DNA from: a virus
Reading direction: 5' to 3' (one strand)
Virus record (IMG/VR): IMGVR_UViG_3300034272_001354
Location: 1 to 64,000 of that record
Length of the DNA stretch: 64,000 nt
Below are positions 9,265-19,801 of this stretch, piece after piece. A program made the translations under genes and the position numbers. Position 1 is the stretch's first letter, and each line of letters begins with the position of its first letter. The notes beneath the pieces were generated by a model, which saw only the letters and a list, made by a program, of their open reading frames with translations, made no database searches and was not told the DNA's origin.

Positions 9265-11529
9265 TTATTGTATTATTGTTGTTGTCGTTGTTGTTACAGG
9301 TATTGTTGTTGTCGTGGTTGTTACCGGAATAGTTGTCGTTGTTGTAGTTGAGATATCACCTATTGTGTATGTAAAATCATCAGGAGGACAAATTTCTGTA
9401 CTACAATCAGGACAATCAGGATTAAACATTCTAAATGTATTTTTCAATATATTAAAATTGTGTTTAACTTCCGGAGCTGATAATGGTGTTACATACATTC
9501 TAAATTGAGAAATTCCCCCTTCAAATGTTCCTGCAAAATTTTGTTCAATAACTATATTTGTGTTCATCCCATTAAATGTTGTTCCTGTCAAATCATTAAC
9601 AGGGAAACATTCAGGGTCTTGTTGATATGGACCATAAGGTAATGTACAAGATGAAAATGTTAAATTTTCTCTTAAACCTTGAGTTCCACCACCCCATGAT
9701 ATATTAAAAGGAACACCAACTTGTTTTTCCTTATCAGTACTTAACGCTCTTGGTATTATTTCTTGAAAATCTTCTATGGTATAAAATATTTTACCATTAA
9801 TATAAATTTTTAATCTTCCTCTTCTGTATTTTTCCTCCTCTAACCATCTTGCATTTAAATTAACCAATTCAATTTTTGCTGGGTCGATGTTTAATTGTGA
9901 AGTATAAGGTACATTAATTAATGATACCGAGTTATGTGCTAATGATTCTAAATATTTTTCTTGAGTAATAATACCTAAACCACCTCTATACCATAAATCA
10001 CAATCATCAAGCCAAGTGTATCTTTCCCACACAGCGTCTAATTGAAACCAATGTTCCTCATCTAACCACGCAGGGTTTTCTGTGTAACAAGTTGGATAAA
10101 TTCCTCCCGGTGAACAATATTCTGTAACAGTATATCCTGTTGTATAAGTTAATCCACTAGTTGAACATGTTCCGCTAGTTTCACAACCACCGGTAAATCT
10201 TAAAACCTTAACACCTATTTGAGGATTTTTAGGGTCACCACATAATTTAAATGATAATGCGTTAGACATCGCATCAAACAATGGATTTGTTTCACACGTA
10301 TATTCTATTGATGAGTATCCCGTAGGTACACAAGTGTTACAATTATTAAAATCATAACATGGATTACAATCACTACAAGTTTCTGTACACGTCGGTGTAG
10401 ATGGTAAACAATTTGTTGGTGTTGATGTCGGTGTTGGTGTTGGAGTAGGCGTTGGTTCAATAATTGACGCACAAGTATGTGTCTGACATTCCCATCCACA
10501 AGATTCACACGGGTCTAAATTACAATTACAACCACAAGTTATTTTTTGTTCAGGAATACCACGACATTCATGACATCCATAATTAACGTGTGGGTCGTGA
10601 ATACCATATAATGACCTTGGAGGATAAACATAGATACATCTACTATCCGTCACCGTTCTATTACAACAAGCACAAGTTTGAATACAATTATATAAATCTG
10701 ATGTTACACGAGTATATCCTGTAAAACAATTTGGTGTTCCGTTAGCGTGATGATAAAATTTATTTTCGGCTCTCGCACCTAAATAAAAGAATATGTTTTT
10801 ATTTTGTGGATAAATTTTGTTTAATGTTGTTTCACCTGATGTTGGAATATATTCATTAAACAATCTTGGTTTTAACAACATTTCAACAGACCACCCTCTA
10901 TTCATTCTTTCAGGAAATATTTCGTAATCATAACCAAATAATTTATAAAACCCTTGATAGAATCCACCGTATAATTCGTGGTATCTTCCTTCATAAGGAC
11001 TATATTTACTTACAACTTCATATAAAACAGTTTTATTAAATCCGGAAAATCTAACATTAGGTGATTGAGTGTTTCCGGTTACTTGGAACAATTTCAATCT
11101 TCTATCAAAATACATTCTATTAAACTTTAAGTCATCAGAAAATAACCCTTCGGTAAATGTAATAGTTTCTCCGGTCATTTTAGTAACCAAACCATTATCA
11201 ATACCGGTCAATCCAATATCACAAGAAGTATGTGATTTAAAACATGTTATATCTAATTCTTTAGGATTGTAAAAATTTTGAGAAACAAAAATATTATTTC
11301 TATTGTAGTCCTTATATGTTAATGTTAAATCTTGAACACTTAATGGATTATTAATGTCAAAATAAAATGGTAATCTATTACCATAGGTCTGAGCAATCAA
11401 ATATGGGGAGAAAACAACCTCTTGATTGTATCCTCTCTCATCTGATGTTAAAGACATATCGTAGGATTCTAAAGCAAAATTTAGACCCCAATTTGGATAG
11501 ACGTATTGATTTATATTTTGTTGTGCCAT
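9265..11529 (-). CDS. Cys-rich virion protein with LamG/ConA-like C-terminal region and Thr-rich tail
   Basis: Many CxxC/CxC motifs, LKIYING...FEGGISQFRMY, TTTTTTIPV repeats. Confidence 0.6.
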   Translation of the reverse strand: MAQQNINQYVYPNWGLNFALESYDMSLTSDERGYNQEVVFSPYLIAQTYGNRLPFYFDINNPLSVQDLTLTYKDYNRNNIFVSQNFYNPKELDITCFKSHTSCDIGLTGIDNGLVTKMTGETITFTEGLFSDDLKFNRMYFDRRLKLFQVTGNTQSPNVRFSGFNKTVLYEVVSKYSPYEGRYHELYGGFYQGFYKLFGYDYEIFPERMNRGWSVEMLLKPRLFNEYIPTSGETTLNKIYPQNKNIFFYLGARAENKFYHHANGTPNCFTGYTRVTSDLYNCIQTCACCNRTVTDSRCIYVYPPRSLYGIHDPHVNYGCHECRGIPEQKITCGCNCNLDPCESCGWECQTHTCASIIEPTPTPTPTPTSTPTNCLPSTPTCTETCSDCNPCYDFNNCNTCVPTGYSSIEYTCETNPLFDAMSNALSFKLCGDPKNPQIGVKVLRFTGGCETSGTCSTSGLTYTTGYTVTEYCSPGGIYPTCYTENPAWLDEEHWFQLDAVWERYTWLDDCDLWYRGGLGIITQEKYLESLAHNSVSLINVPYTSQLNIDPAKIELVNLNARWLEEEKYRRGRLKIYINGKIFYTIEDFQEIIPRALSTDKEKQVGVPFNISWGGGTQGLRENLTFSSCTLPYGPYQQDPECFPVNDLTGTTFNGMNTNIVIEQNFAGTFEGGISQFRMYVTPLSAPEVKHNFNILKNTFRMFNPDCPDCSTEICPPDDFTYTIGDISTTTTTTIPVTTTTTTIPVTTTTTTIIQ

Positions 11530-11539
11530 CTTTTTTATG

Positions 11540-11566
11540 ATAAATACATTAAAACGAAGTATTTAT
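11540..11566. promoter_or_regulatory. Back-to-back divergent candidate late promoters (GTATTTAT on each strand)
   Basis: ATAAATAC at 11540-47 and GTATTTAT at 11559-66, between divergent ATGs at 11529 and 11580. Confidence 0.65.
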
Positions 11567-11579
11567 ATGAAAAAGTTAT

Positions 11580-12410
11580 ATGATAAATTTTAATACAGAG
11601 TACTATAGTAATAATTATTACTTCTTTTTGAAAGAGAGAGCGGACAAAATCTCCTTATATTATTCTATTGCGGATACTTTAACTGAATCTCGAAAGAATG
11701 ATGAGAGAATTGACTTCGATAAAAAAGATTCTAAAAAAGTTAAAAATATTGTTGGAAATGTTTTAAAATCTAAAACAAAAGTTTCCAAAGACGCATTAAC
11801 CAAAAAGTTAAAAAGTATTAAACCTAAAAAAGAAATTGATGAATTAGTTGATTCTGATGGAACAATGTTAAGTTCAAAAATACCATTTCTTAATCAAACT
11901 TTAACACCACACAAAACTACTGACCAAACTGTTGCTATGGCAAGAATTACGAATGACCCGGTAACAAGAGGTTATAGAGTTTATTATGGTGAAAGTGAAG
12001 AAGGTTCTGATGAAGTTATTAATGAGGTTGATTATTCTGAAGCATTTGGGTATGAAGAAACCAAAGATATGGATTTTAAAGATACGGTTAAAACACTTAA
12101 AGAAATGGGTGTTGAGAATGCGATTGAAAGAGCGAAACAATTTGGTAAATTACCAAAACAAAAAAGAGAAGATGGTGAATTAAAACAAAGATTATCTGAA
12201 AAAGATAGTATTGAAGAACAACAAAGAAAAAAAATGATTAAAATGGTTGAGGATATGTTAACCAAAAAATCATCAAATAATTCTGATGTAGTAAAAGATA
12301 AAGGAATAAGTAAAATATTATTAAAAAATATTCAATCAATTAAAAAAATTGCTGATAAAGAAGGTATCAGTATCAATATGTTAATCAAAGCGTTAAAATC
12401 TAATGAATAA
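11580..12410 (+). CDS. Hypothetical protein (probable late/head-associated)
   Basis: 276-aa ORF after TATTTAT motif. Confidence 0.75.
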   Translation: MINFNTEYYSNNYYFFLKERADKISLYYSIADTLTESRKNDERIDFDKKDSKKVKNIVGNVLKSKTKVSKDALTKKLKSIKPKKEIDELVDSDGTMLSSKIPFLNQTLTPHKTTDQTVAMARITNDPVTRGYRVYYGESEEGSDEVINEVDYSEAFGYEETKDMDFKDTVKTLKEMGVENAIERAKQFGKLPKQKREDGELKQRLSEKDSIEEQQRKKMIKMVEDMLTKKSSNNSDVVKDKGISKILLKNIQSIKKIADKEGISINMLIKALKSNE

Positions 12411-12873
12411 AGATTTATATGGAAATACCGTTCAATTACCTGAAGATGTTGTAGAATATTTACAACAATGCTTTGATTCTGCAAACACAGATGATTCAAC
12501 CATTGAAGGATTTAAAAGAAATCAAGAATTAAGAGATAGTCGTGAAACCACTTATCAACAATTAAAACGAATGAAAAATTGGTTTGATAATTTTAATGGT
12601 CTTGAAAATGATTTACCTTTTATTTTGAATGGTGGACACTATGTAAAAAATTGGGTTAACGACACATTAGGTGGAATGAGAAATAATGTATATATGGGTA
12701 AGAAATCAAAATCTGAAGTTTTACCAAATCAATTTATACAAACTCACACTAAAGATAATTTAAATACAATGAATAGACAAAGTAAAAGTCATAGTTCAAC
12801 CACCGGTAATATTAACAAAGATATCACAGAAAGTTTAAAAAGAATAAACGAATTAATAAAAAAAATAATTTAA
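12403..12873 (+). CDS. Hypothetical protein
   Basis: 156-aa ORF ending ITESLKRINELIKK. Confidence 0.75.
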   Translation: MNKDLYGNTVQLPEDVVEYLQQCFDSANTDDSTIEGFKRNQELRDSRETTYQQLKRMKNWFDNFNGLENDLPFILNGGHYVKNWVNDTLGGMRNNVYMGKKSKSEVLPNQFIQTHTKDNLNTMNRQSKSHSSTTGNINKDITESLKRINELIKKII

Positions 12874-12874
12874 T

Positions 12875-13168
12875 ATGGCAAATTTAGAACCTTTAGATTT
12901 CGCACAACCCGAAAATGAATTATCAGCAATTGCGGATATGCAAAGAAAAATGTTATTCCCAAAGAATGACTTTAAAATCACAAATCAATACTCAGCCGTT
13001 AACCCTGACGCTTTAGCCGATGGTGATGAGCAAGGTAAAGGTACTGGTGGATTTTTAGATGTTTATAATCAAGGTGCGGGGGCAATACAAGACATTATGG
13101 AAAGAAAATCTGAAATAGTTGTTAATAAATACAAAGAAGTAAAACCATACACAACACCAAGTGCATAA
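12875..13168 (+). CDS. Hypothetical protein
   Basis: 97-aa ORF, TAATG-coupled to the next gene. Confidence 0.75.
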   Translation: MANLEPLDFAQPENELSAIADMQRKMLFPKNDFKITNQYSAVNPDALADGDEQGKGTGGFLDVYNQGAGAIQDIMERKSEIVVNKYKEVKPYTTPSA

Positions 13169-13848
13169 TGAAACTTTACAACACATTTAAATCACTTATT
13201 TTAGAAATAGCGTCTGTTGACTCTATAGTCGACGCTATAAAAAAACGAGATAAGATTATAATTTACTATGATGGGGATGAACCAGGTGGACGTGGATTAC
13301 GTTTAATTGAACCGGTTTGTTTTGGTTATTCAAAAGCTGATAATCCTGTTGTAAGAGCGTGGGACTCTCAAGGAGCTTCTCATACCGCGTATTTAGGAGA
13401 ACAACCTTTACCGGGATGGAGACTTTTTAGAGCTGACAAAATATTCTCTTTTAAACCAACGGGTGAAACATTTAACGAACCAAAACCAAACTACAATCCA
13501 AATGGTGATAAAAGTATGAATCGTGTTATTATTAATGCCGATTTTTCTGAAGTCACACCACAACAAGCACCTGAACCAACTACACCAGAAACTGAAGTTG
13601 AAGTTAATGATGTAATTGATGATGTAATTATCACCACAGTTAATGATATGATTAACAATATCATTGAAAAAGATGGTGCCGATTCATTAGAAGGTGTTGA
13701 TTTATCTAAAGCCGCAGAATCATATAAAAGAATATATTCCGGTATTGAAGATAAGATTCGTAGAAATTTATCCAATCAAGAGAAAAATGATTTAAGACCA
13801 AAAGTTTCAGAACTAATACAACAATCTCAAAGTTTAATTAAAAAATAA
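13168..13848 (+). CDS. WYL-domain protein (no HTH)
   Basis: IIIYYDG...RLIEPVCFG...VRAW...GWRLFRADKI pattern. Confidence 0.7.
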   Translation: MKLYNTFKSLILEIASVDSIVDAIKKRDKIIIYYDGDEPGGRGLRLIEPVCFGYSKADNPVVRAWDSQGASHTAYLGEQPLPGWRLFRADKIFSFKPTGETFNEPKPNYNPNGDKSMNRVIINADFSEVTPQQAPEPTTPETEVEVNDVIDDVIITTVNDMINNIIEKDGADSLEGVDLSKAAESYKRIYSGIEDKIRRNLSNQEKNDLRPKVSELIQQSQSLIKK

Positions 13849-13849
13849 T

Positions 13850-14446
13850 ATGACAAACGAAAATGATTTAATTCAAAAACTTATGATTTCCAAACAAATC
13901 ATGGAAAAACATAATCAAACCCCAAGAGGTGGTCTACCATCTATAGATACGTATGGTACACCTGAAGTAGCAACATACAATGCTCCTCCGGCAACTTATA
14001 ACTTACCTCAAGATATGTTACAAGAAGCCTCTGTACCGGTACAAACAGTTAGCCAACCAATGACTCAAGATAGAGTTATGGCTTCAAAATTACCGGATGA
14101 GATTAAACGATTAATGATTGAACACCCAATAGCTCAACCGGCAGGTATGGGTGGACCTACTCTATCCAATGATTTAATTGATAAGGCGGCAAGATTAATG
14201 AATGCAGATGCCAGAGGTAATCAAGTAAGCCAACCAAAACAAAGAGTTCAAGAACAATCTCAACCTCAATCTAACTTTAATAACAAACAATTAAGAGATA
14301 TGTTAAAAGAAGTTGTAGAAGAAGTATTACTAGAAAATGGGATTTTAGCTGAATCAACACAAAAATCAAATAACGAACTATTTTCTTTTAAAGTAGGAAA
14401 GCATATATTTGAGGGTAAGGTTACTAAGATTAAAAAAATATCTTAA
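13850..14446 (+). CDS. Hypothetical protein
   Basis: 198-aa Gln/Pro-rich ORF. Confidence 0.75.
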   Translation: MTNENDLIQKLMISKQIMEKHNQTPRGGLPSIDTYGTPEVATYNAPPATYNLPQDMLQEASVPVQTVSQPMTQDRVMASKLPDEIKRLMIEHPIAQPAGMGGPTLSNDLIDKAARLMNADARGNQVSQPKQRVQEQSQPQSNFNNKQLRDMLKEVVEEVLLENGILAESTQKSNNELFSFKVGKHIFEGKVTKIKKIS

Positions 14447-14467
14447 ACTTTATTTACTCTAAAAACT

Positions 14468-14496
14468 AAACCCTCAAGGAAACTTGGGGGTTTTTT
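14468..14496 (+). terminator. Intrinsic terminator
   Basis: CCCTCAAG-GAAA-CTTGGGGG followed by TTTTTT. Confidence 0.8.
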
Positions 14497-14557
14497 ATTT
14501 CTTAATAGTTGATATTATAATACTCTTTAATTATACTTTCTGTGATAATATTAAACT

Positions 14558-15778
14558 ATGAAAGAAAAAATTAATGTTTTAGTTCTCCCATCAGACAAAA
14601 CCGGTGTTGGGAAATTCAGGTCTATTGACCCTCACGTATTTTTACAAAATCTATATCCTGACGATTTTCACGTTGAGATTGATTATGAACCAAAAATAAA
14701 CGATATCAAATATTGGGATAAATACCAAATTATCCACGTACACCGAAACATCGGCAGTCATTACGACCAAACACCATCAATCATTAAGTATTTAAAGTCG
14801 ATTGGTAAAGTTGTTATTATTGATATTGATGATTATTGGTTACCTACTGTTGACCACCCAATCCACAGTATTATTGTACAAAACAAAATTCACGAAAAAA
14901 TTGTAGCAAATTTAAAAGAAGCTGATTGGGTAACAACAACAACGGATATATTTGCAAATGAAATTCGTAAACTAAATAAGAATGTGTTGGTGTTACCAAA
15001 TGCAATCGACCCTAAAGAACCTCAATTTAATCAAGTGACACCACCATCAGATAAAATTAGAATTGGTTGGTTAGGAGGTTCATCTCACTTACACGATTTA
15101 GGTTTATTAGACGCGTTTGTTCAAAAGAATCAAGACATCAACGATAAATTACAATATGTAATTTGTGGGTTCGATACAAGAGGTTCTGTAACTGAAATTA
15201 ATCCAACAACCGGAGAACAAAAGAAAAGAGATATTTTACCTCACGAAACAGTGTGGGTTAATTATGAGGGAATTTTCACAAATAATTATAAAACGTTAGA
15301 CGAAAATTATGTTAAATTTTTAAAGGAATTTAAAGACGAAAACTATATTTCAGATAAAGAATTACCTTACGTTAGAGTTTGGACAAAACCTGTTAACTCT
15401 TACGCCATGAATTATTCAAAATTTGATATATCTTTAGCACCAATTAAAAACCACATTTTTAATAGAATGAAATCTCAATTAAAAGTAATTGAAGCAGGAT
15501 TTTATAAAAAAGCATTAATTGCTTCAGAGATTGGACCATACACCATAGATTTGGTTCATTGTTTAAAAAATGGTGAGTTTAACGATAATGGTAATGCAAT
15601 TTTAATACCTGAATCAAGAAACCATAGTGATTGGTCAAAATCAATTAAAAAATTAGTTCAAAACCCTGAAATGATAACCGAATTAGGTGAGAGATTATAT
15701 AACACCGTAAAAGACAAATATGACCTTAATAAGGTTACAGTTACAAGAGCGGAATTTTATAAAAGTTTAATTAAATAA
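14558..15778 (+). CDS. Glycosyltransferase, GT-B fold (GT4-like)
   Basis: DIDDYW, IGWLGGSSH, DISLAP...FNRMKSQLKVIEAG. Confidence 0.85.
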   Translation: MKEKINVLVLPSDKTGVGKFRSIDPHVFLQNLYPDDFHVEIDYEPKINDIKYWDKYQIIHVHRNIGSHYDQTPSIIKYLKSIGKVVIIDIDDYWLPTVDHPIHSIIVQNKIHEKIVANLKEADWVTTTTDIFANEIRKLNKNVLVLPNAIDPKEPQFNQVTPPSDKIRIGWLGGSSHLHDLGLLDAFVQKNQDINDKLQYVICGFDTRGSVTEINPTTGEQKKRDILPHETVWVNYEGIFTNNYKTLDENYVKFLKEFKDENYISDKELPYVRVWTKPVNSYAMNYSKFDISLAPIKNHIFNRMKSQLKVIEAGFYKKALIASEIGPYTIDLVHCLKNGEFNDNGNAILIPESRNHSDWSKSIKKLVQNPEMITELGERLYNTVKDKYDLNKVTVTRAEFYKSLIK

Positions 15779-15780
15779 AA

Positions 15781-16236
15781 ATGAATACAAAAAAAACAAT
15801 CGGTTTTACCGCAGGTAATTTTGACTTACTTCATCCGGGATATATCTATACATTTGAAGAAGCTAAACGTCATTGTGATTATTTTATGGTTTTTTTACAA
15901 AGAGACCCATCTGAAACTAGATTCACAAAATATAAACCTGTCGTTCCTTTATATGAACGATATAAAACATTAATGTCAATTAAATATGTTGATGAAGTGG
16001 TCACATATCAAACTGAAGAAGATTTGATTCAATTAATGGAATTTTACAAACCTGACGTTAGAATTTTAGGCGATGATTATATTGGAAAAAGATTTACCGG
16101 AGACCATTTACCTATTAAAGTAATTTATACAACAAGGTCTCACAATTGGTCAACAACTAAAATTAAAGATTTAATTACAAGACAAACAATCATACAAAAT
16201 CCGGATATTATTAAAAATTTAGAATCAAATGATTAA
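15781..16236 (+). CDS. Cytidylyltransferase (TagD/RfaE-like)
   Basis: GNFDLLHPGY (HxGH variant), YVDEV, GDDY, RSHNWSTT. Confidence 0.8.
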   Translation: MNTKKTIGFTAGNFDLLHPGYIYTFEEAKRHCDYFMVFLQRDPSETRFTKYKPVVPLYERYKTLMSIKYVDEVVTYQTEEDLIQLMEFYKPDVRILGDDYIGKRFTGDHLPIKVIYTTRSHNWSTTKIKDLITRQTIIQNPDIIKNLESND

Positions 16237-16939
16237 AACACCATTAACTAAAATATTATTTTTAGATATTGAAACAGTTGGAATTGAAAAAGATTACGAC
16301 ACTTGTTTAGAAAAAAGACCTGAATTGGCAAAACAATTTGACAAATATTATGATTGGTTTTTAAAACGTTTCCCTGAAGACAAGGAAATTGAATCAGACC
16401 AAAAGAATAAAGTATTTTCAACAAGAACCGCATTAGTTCCTGAATTTGCAAAAATTGTTTGTATGAGTGTCGCCTTTGTAATGGAAAATGGCGAGATTAA
16501 AAAACAAACGTTTTCAGGGGATGACGAAAAAGTGTTACTAAAAGAATGTCAAAATTTATTAGAACGTTGTGGAAAATTAGATTTTTTCCTATGTGGTCAT
16601 AATTTAAAAAACTTTGATATTCCAATGACCGCCAAAAGAATGATAATCAATGGATTATTACCCCCATCGATTCTACCATCTTATGATACAAAACCGTGGG
16701 AAATAAAAGCAATTGATACCAGAGAAATTTGGCAATACGGAGCATACACCGCAATTGGTTCATTAGATTTAATGTGTACATCAATGGAAGTTCCTTCACC
16801 AAAAGAAGGTGATGTTACCGGAGATAAAGTACACGACGCATATTGGAATAAAAATATGTTAGAAGAGATATCAGCATACTGTGAACGTGATGTACTAGTA
16901 TTGATTGATTTAATAAAAAAATTAAAAAATTTAGAATAA
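16229..16939 (+). CDS. PolB-related 3'-5' exonuclease
   Basis: FLDIET, GHNLKNFDIP, YCERDV (DEDDy motifs). Confidence 0.85.
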   Translation: MIKTPLTKILFLDIETVGIEKDYDTCLEKRPELAKQFDKYYDWFLKRFPEDKEIESDQKNKVFSTRTALVPEFAKIVCMSVAFVMENGEIKKQTFSGDDEKVLLKECQNLLERCGKLDFFLCGHNLKNFDIPMTAKRMIINGLLPPSILPSYDTKPWEIKAIDTREIWQYGAYTAIGSLDLMCTSMEVPSPKEGDVTGDKVHDAYWNKNMLEEISAYCERDVLVLIDLIKKLKNLE

Positions 16940-17535
16940 TGTTAAACGAAGATTTAGATTTCTTAAAAAACAAAGCCGAGGAATTAAAAAAATTGGCAAA
17001 TATTGATTTAGATGATTTAAGTTATGAGGACATAATGAGTGAGTTTGGTTTGGATTTAAAGCAACTTGAAGACGATATGATGAATTCAAGAACTAGGCTT
17101 CCATTAGGGTTTGTAAAACTTCATCCTGACGCAGTAACACCAAAATATAATTATGATAGTGATTCAGGGTTTGACCTACACTCTATTGAAGAGGTTACAA
17201 TTGAACCTTTTGGTAGAGCATTAGTCCCAAGTGGATTATCATTTGATATTAAAGACGGATATGAACTTCAAGTAAGAACTAAAAGTGGATTAGCAATCAA
17301 TCAAGGACTTATGGTTTTAAACTCACCGGGGACTGTTGATAATGGTTATACAGGTGAAGTTAAAGGTATTATATTTAACACCAACCATCACCCCGTAACT
17401 ATCCATAAAGGAATGAAATTTGGCCAAGCGGTATTATGTCCCGTTGTAAATGGGGGTTGGGTTCATTTGGACCAAAGAAAAGAAGTAATTGATAAAGAAA
17501 GAGGTAATAACGGATTTGGGTCAACAGGAATTTAA
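16939..17535 (+). CDS. dut: Trimeric dUTPase
   Basis: SGFDL, RTKSGLA, GTVDNGYTGE, RGNNGFGSTG. Confidence 0.95.
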   Translation: MLNEDLDFLKNKAEELKKLANIDLDDLSYEDIMSEFGLDLKQLEDDMMNSRTRLPLGFVKLHPDAVTPKYNYDSDSGFDLHSIEEVTIEPFGRALVPSGLSFDIKDGYELQVRTKSGLAINQGLMVLNSPGTVDNGYTGEVKGIIFNTNHHPVTIHKGMKFGQAVLCPVVNGGWVHLDQRKEVIDKERGNNGFGSTGI

Positions 17536-17536
17536 A

Positions 17537-18259
17537 ATGGAAATAAATAATGTAAATGTAGGTATTTGTTTAATAATTAAAAACGAAACCCAATATTTGG
17601 ATGAATGGTTAGAACATTATCGTAAATTAGGTGTTGATAAATTTTTTATTTATGATAACAATTCTTCAACACCAATTAAAATTGACGATAATGATGTTGA
17701 AGTTATTTTATGGGATAATGAGTTATTTGGTTCTCAAAATAACGCATATTTAGATTGTTGTCAAAAAAATCTATCATTTGATTTTATAGGATTTTTTGAT
17801 ACTGATGAGTTTTATTTTTCAAAAAGTATGAACATTAAGTCAGACATTAATCATTTTAAATCTTTATATGGTGATTTTGATGGATTTGCAATCTATTGGA
17901 GATTATATGGTAAACAATCTCCTTATTTCACAGAAAGACAATCTATTGAAATGTATACCCAATATTATGAAGATGGTCATATAAAAAGTTTATTAACCCC
18001 TAAAAAAGTTGTAAGTTTTGGTCAACCCCATTTTGCTAGTTTACTTAACGGTAAATATATTGATGAATTAGGTAGAATTGTTTTTTCCCCAATAGGAGAA
18101 CATACTAGTGATTATGTGTGGATAAAACATATTTGGGCTAGAAGTGAAGAAGAATTCAAAGAAAAATTAATAAGAGGTGATGTTAATTGGAGAAAACAAA
18201 TAAACACAGATTTTAACGAATTTTACAATTATAATGATAGATGTGTTTTAAATGACTAA
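17537..18259 (+). CDS. Glycosyltransferase (GT2/GT92-like)
   Basis: IKNETQYLDEWLEHY..LGVDKFFIYDNNS, FFDTDEF; ATG at 17537. Confidence 0.85.
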   Translation: MEINNVNVGICLIIKNETQYLDEWLEHYRKLGVDKFFIYDNNSSTPIKIDDNDVEVILWDNELFGSQNNAYLDCCQKNLSFDFIGFFDTDEFYFSKSMNIKSDINHFKSLYGDFDGFAIYWRLYGKQSPYFTERQSIEMYTQYYEDGHIKSLLTPKKVVSFGQPHFASLLNGKYIDELGRIVFSPIGEHTSDYVWIKHIWARSEEEFKEKLIRGDVNWRKQINTDFNEFYNYNDRCVLND

Positions 18260-18271
18260 CAGATAAAATTT

Positions 18272-19780
18272 ATGATAACAATAATATATTCAACACATAA
18301 AGATGAACAATTTAATAACAAATTTAAACAACATTTGTTACAAACTGTTGGTCTAAAAGATGTTCAAATTTTGGAATATAAAAACAATAATGAATTTAGT
18401 TTGAGTGAGATTTATAATAAAGGTATATCTCATTCAAATTTTGATATTGTGGTTTGTTGCCATAATGATATAAAATTAGAAAATGGGTGGGGTAAAAAAC
18501 TTTTAAAAGATTACTCTGATAATCCTGAATATAGTATTATTGGAAAAGCAGGTACATCATATTTTCCTGAATCAGGGGTGTTTTGGGAAAAAATGCAACA
18601 AACTATGGTGGGACAAGTTTACCATCAACCTGATAAAGATAAGTGGTTAAGTAAATATTCCCCAAAATTACCAATAATTGTTCCCGTAGTTTCAATAGAC
18701 GGTTTATTTTTATCATTTAATAAGACAAAAATAAAACATACGTTTGATGAAAGTATTGGTAGATTTCACTTTTATGACCATTTATTTTGTTTACCAAATT
18801 ATTTAGACGGAGTTAAGATTGGTGTCACATCATCTTTTGAAATTATTCATCAATCAATCGGAAGACCAAATCAGGAGTTTTACGAAACCAAAGAAAAATT
18901 TGTGGAGAAATGGAAACACGTTTTACCATTAGATTTAAAACCTGAAAAAATTTACATTCCGGAAATAAAAGAAAAACCAATTAAAAATATTGGTAAAGTA
19001 GCCGTTATCATCCCAACCAAAGGAAATATTGAAATGTTGAAAGAATGTGTTGATTCATTTTACATTCATTGTAACTCTGAATTATTTGACATTTTCATTG
19101 CTGATACCGGTTCAACAGATGACGAAAAAGAAACATTAAAAAGTAATATAAAAGATTATAATAACATAAAATTAATTGAATATGATTATTATAATTTTGC
19201 AAAAATTAATAATGATGTTGTTAAAAATCACGTAACTGATGAATACGAATTTTTATTATTCTGTAATAATGATATTAAATTATTGAATAATGTAATTTAT
19301 GGAATGTTAAACATTTTTAAAACAACACCTAAAGTTGGTACGATTGGATGTAGATTACATTTTGAAGACAATACCATCCAACATGACGGTGTCATTTGTT
19401 TATTTGATAGTAAACAAAATTTATTAATATCTCATCACGGATTAAATAGTTATTACAATTTTTCAAATAATAACAGAAAAATATTAGGTTCTACGGCAGC
19501 ATTACTTATCATTAAAAAAGAGGTATTTATTAAATGTGGTTATTTTAATGAAAATTACACCACTTGTTTTGAAGATGTTGAATTGAATTTAAAGTGTTTA
19601 ATGTTGGGTTTAGATAACTATTGTAATAGTAATTTAGTTTCTTATCATTATGAAAGTCAAACAAGAAATAACGATGATGAAAAATCTAAAAAACAATTTA
19701 ATGATTATAACAATATATTAAAACCATTTGTTATTAACAATTATGATAAGTTAAAAACTCATATACAAATAATAAAATAA
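18272..19780 (+). CDS. Two-domain GT2-family glycosyltransferase
   Basis: N-terminal GT-A (CHNDI, DGLFL, FHFYD) plus second GT2 (VIIPT, DTGS, CNND, FEDVE). Confidence 0.85.
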   Translation: MITIIYSTHKDEQFNNKFKQHLLQTVGLKDVQILEYKNNNEFSLSEIYNKGISHSNFDIVVCCHNDIKLENGWGKKLLKDYSDNPEYSIIGKAGTSYFPESGVFWEKMQQTMVGQVYHQPDKDKWLSKYSPKLPIIVPVVSIDGLFLSFNKTKIKHTFDESIGRFHFYDHLFCLPNYLDGVKIGVTSSFEIIHQSIGRPNQEFYETKEKFVEKWKHVLPLDLKPEKIYIPEIKEKPIKNIGKVAVIIPTKGNIEMLKECVDSFYIHCNSELFDIFIADTGSTDDEKETLKSNIKDYNNIKLIEYDYYNFAKINNDVVKNHVTDEYEFLLFCNNDIKLLNNVIYGMLNIFKTTPKVGTIGCRLHFEDNTIQHDGVICLFDSKQNLLISHHGLNSYYNFSNNNRKILGSTAALLIIKKEVFIKCGYFNENYTTCFEDVELNLKCLMLGLDNYCNSNLVSYHYESQTRNNDDEKSKKQFNDYNNILKPFVINNYDKLKTHIQIIK

Positions 19781-19801
19781 ACAAAAAAAAAATAATTAAA
19801 A

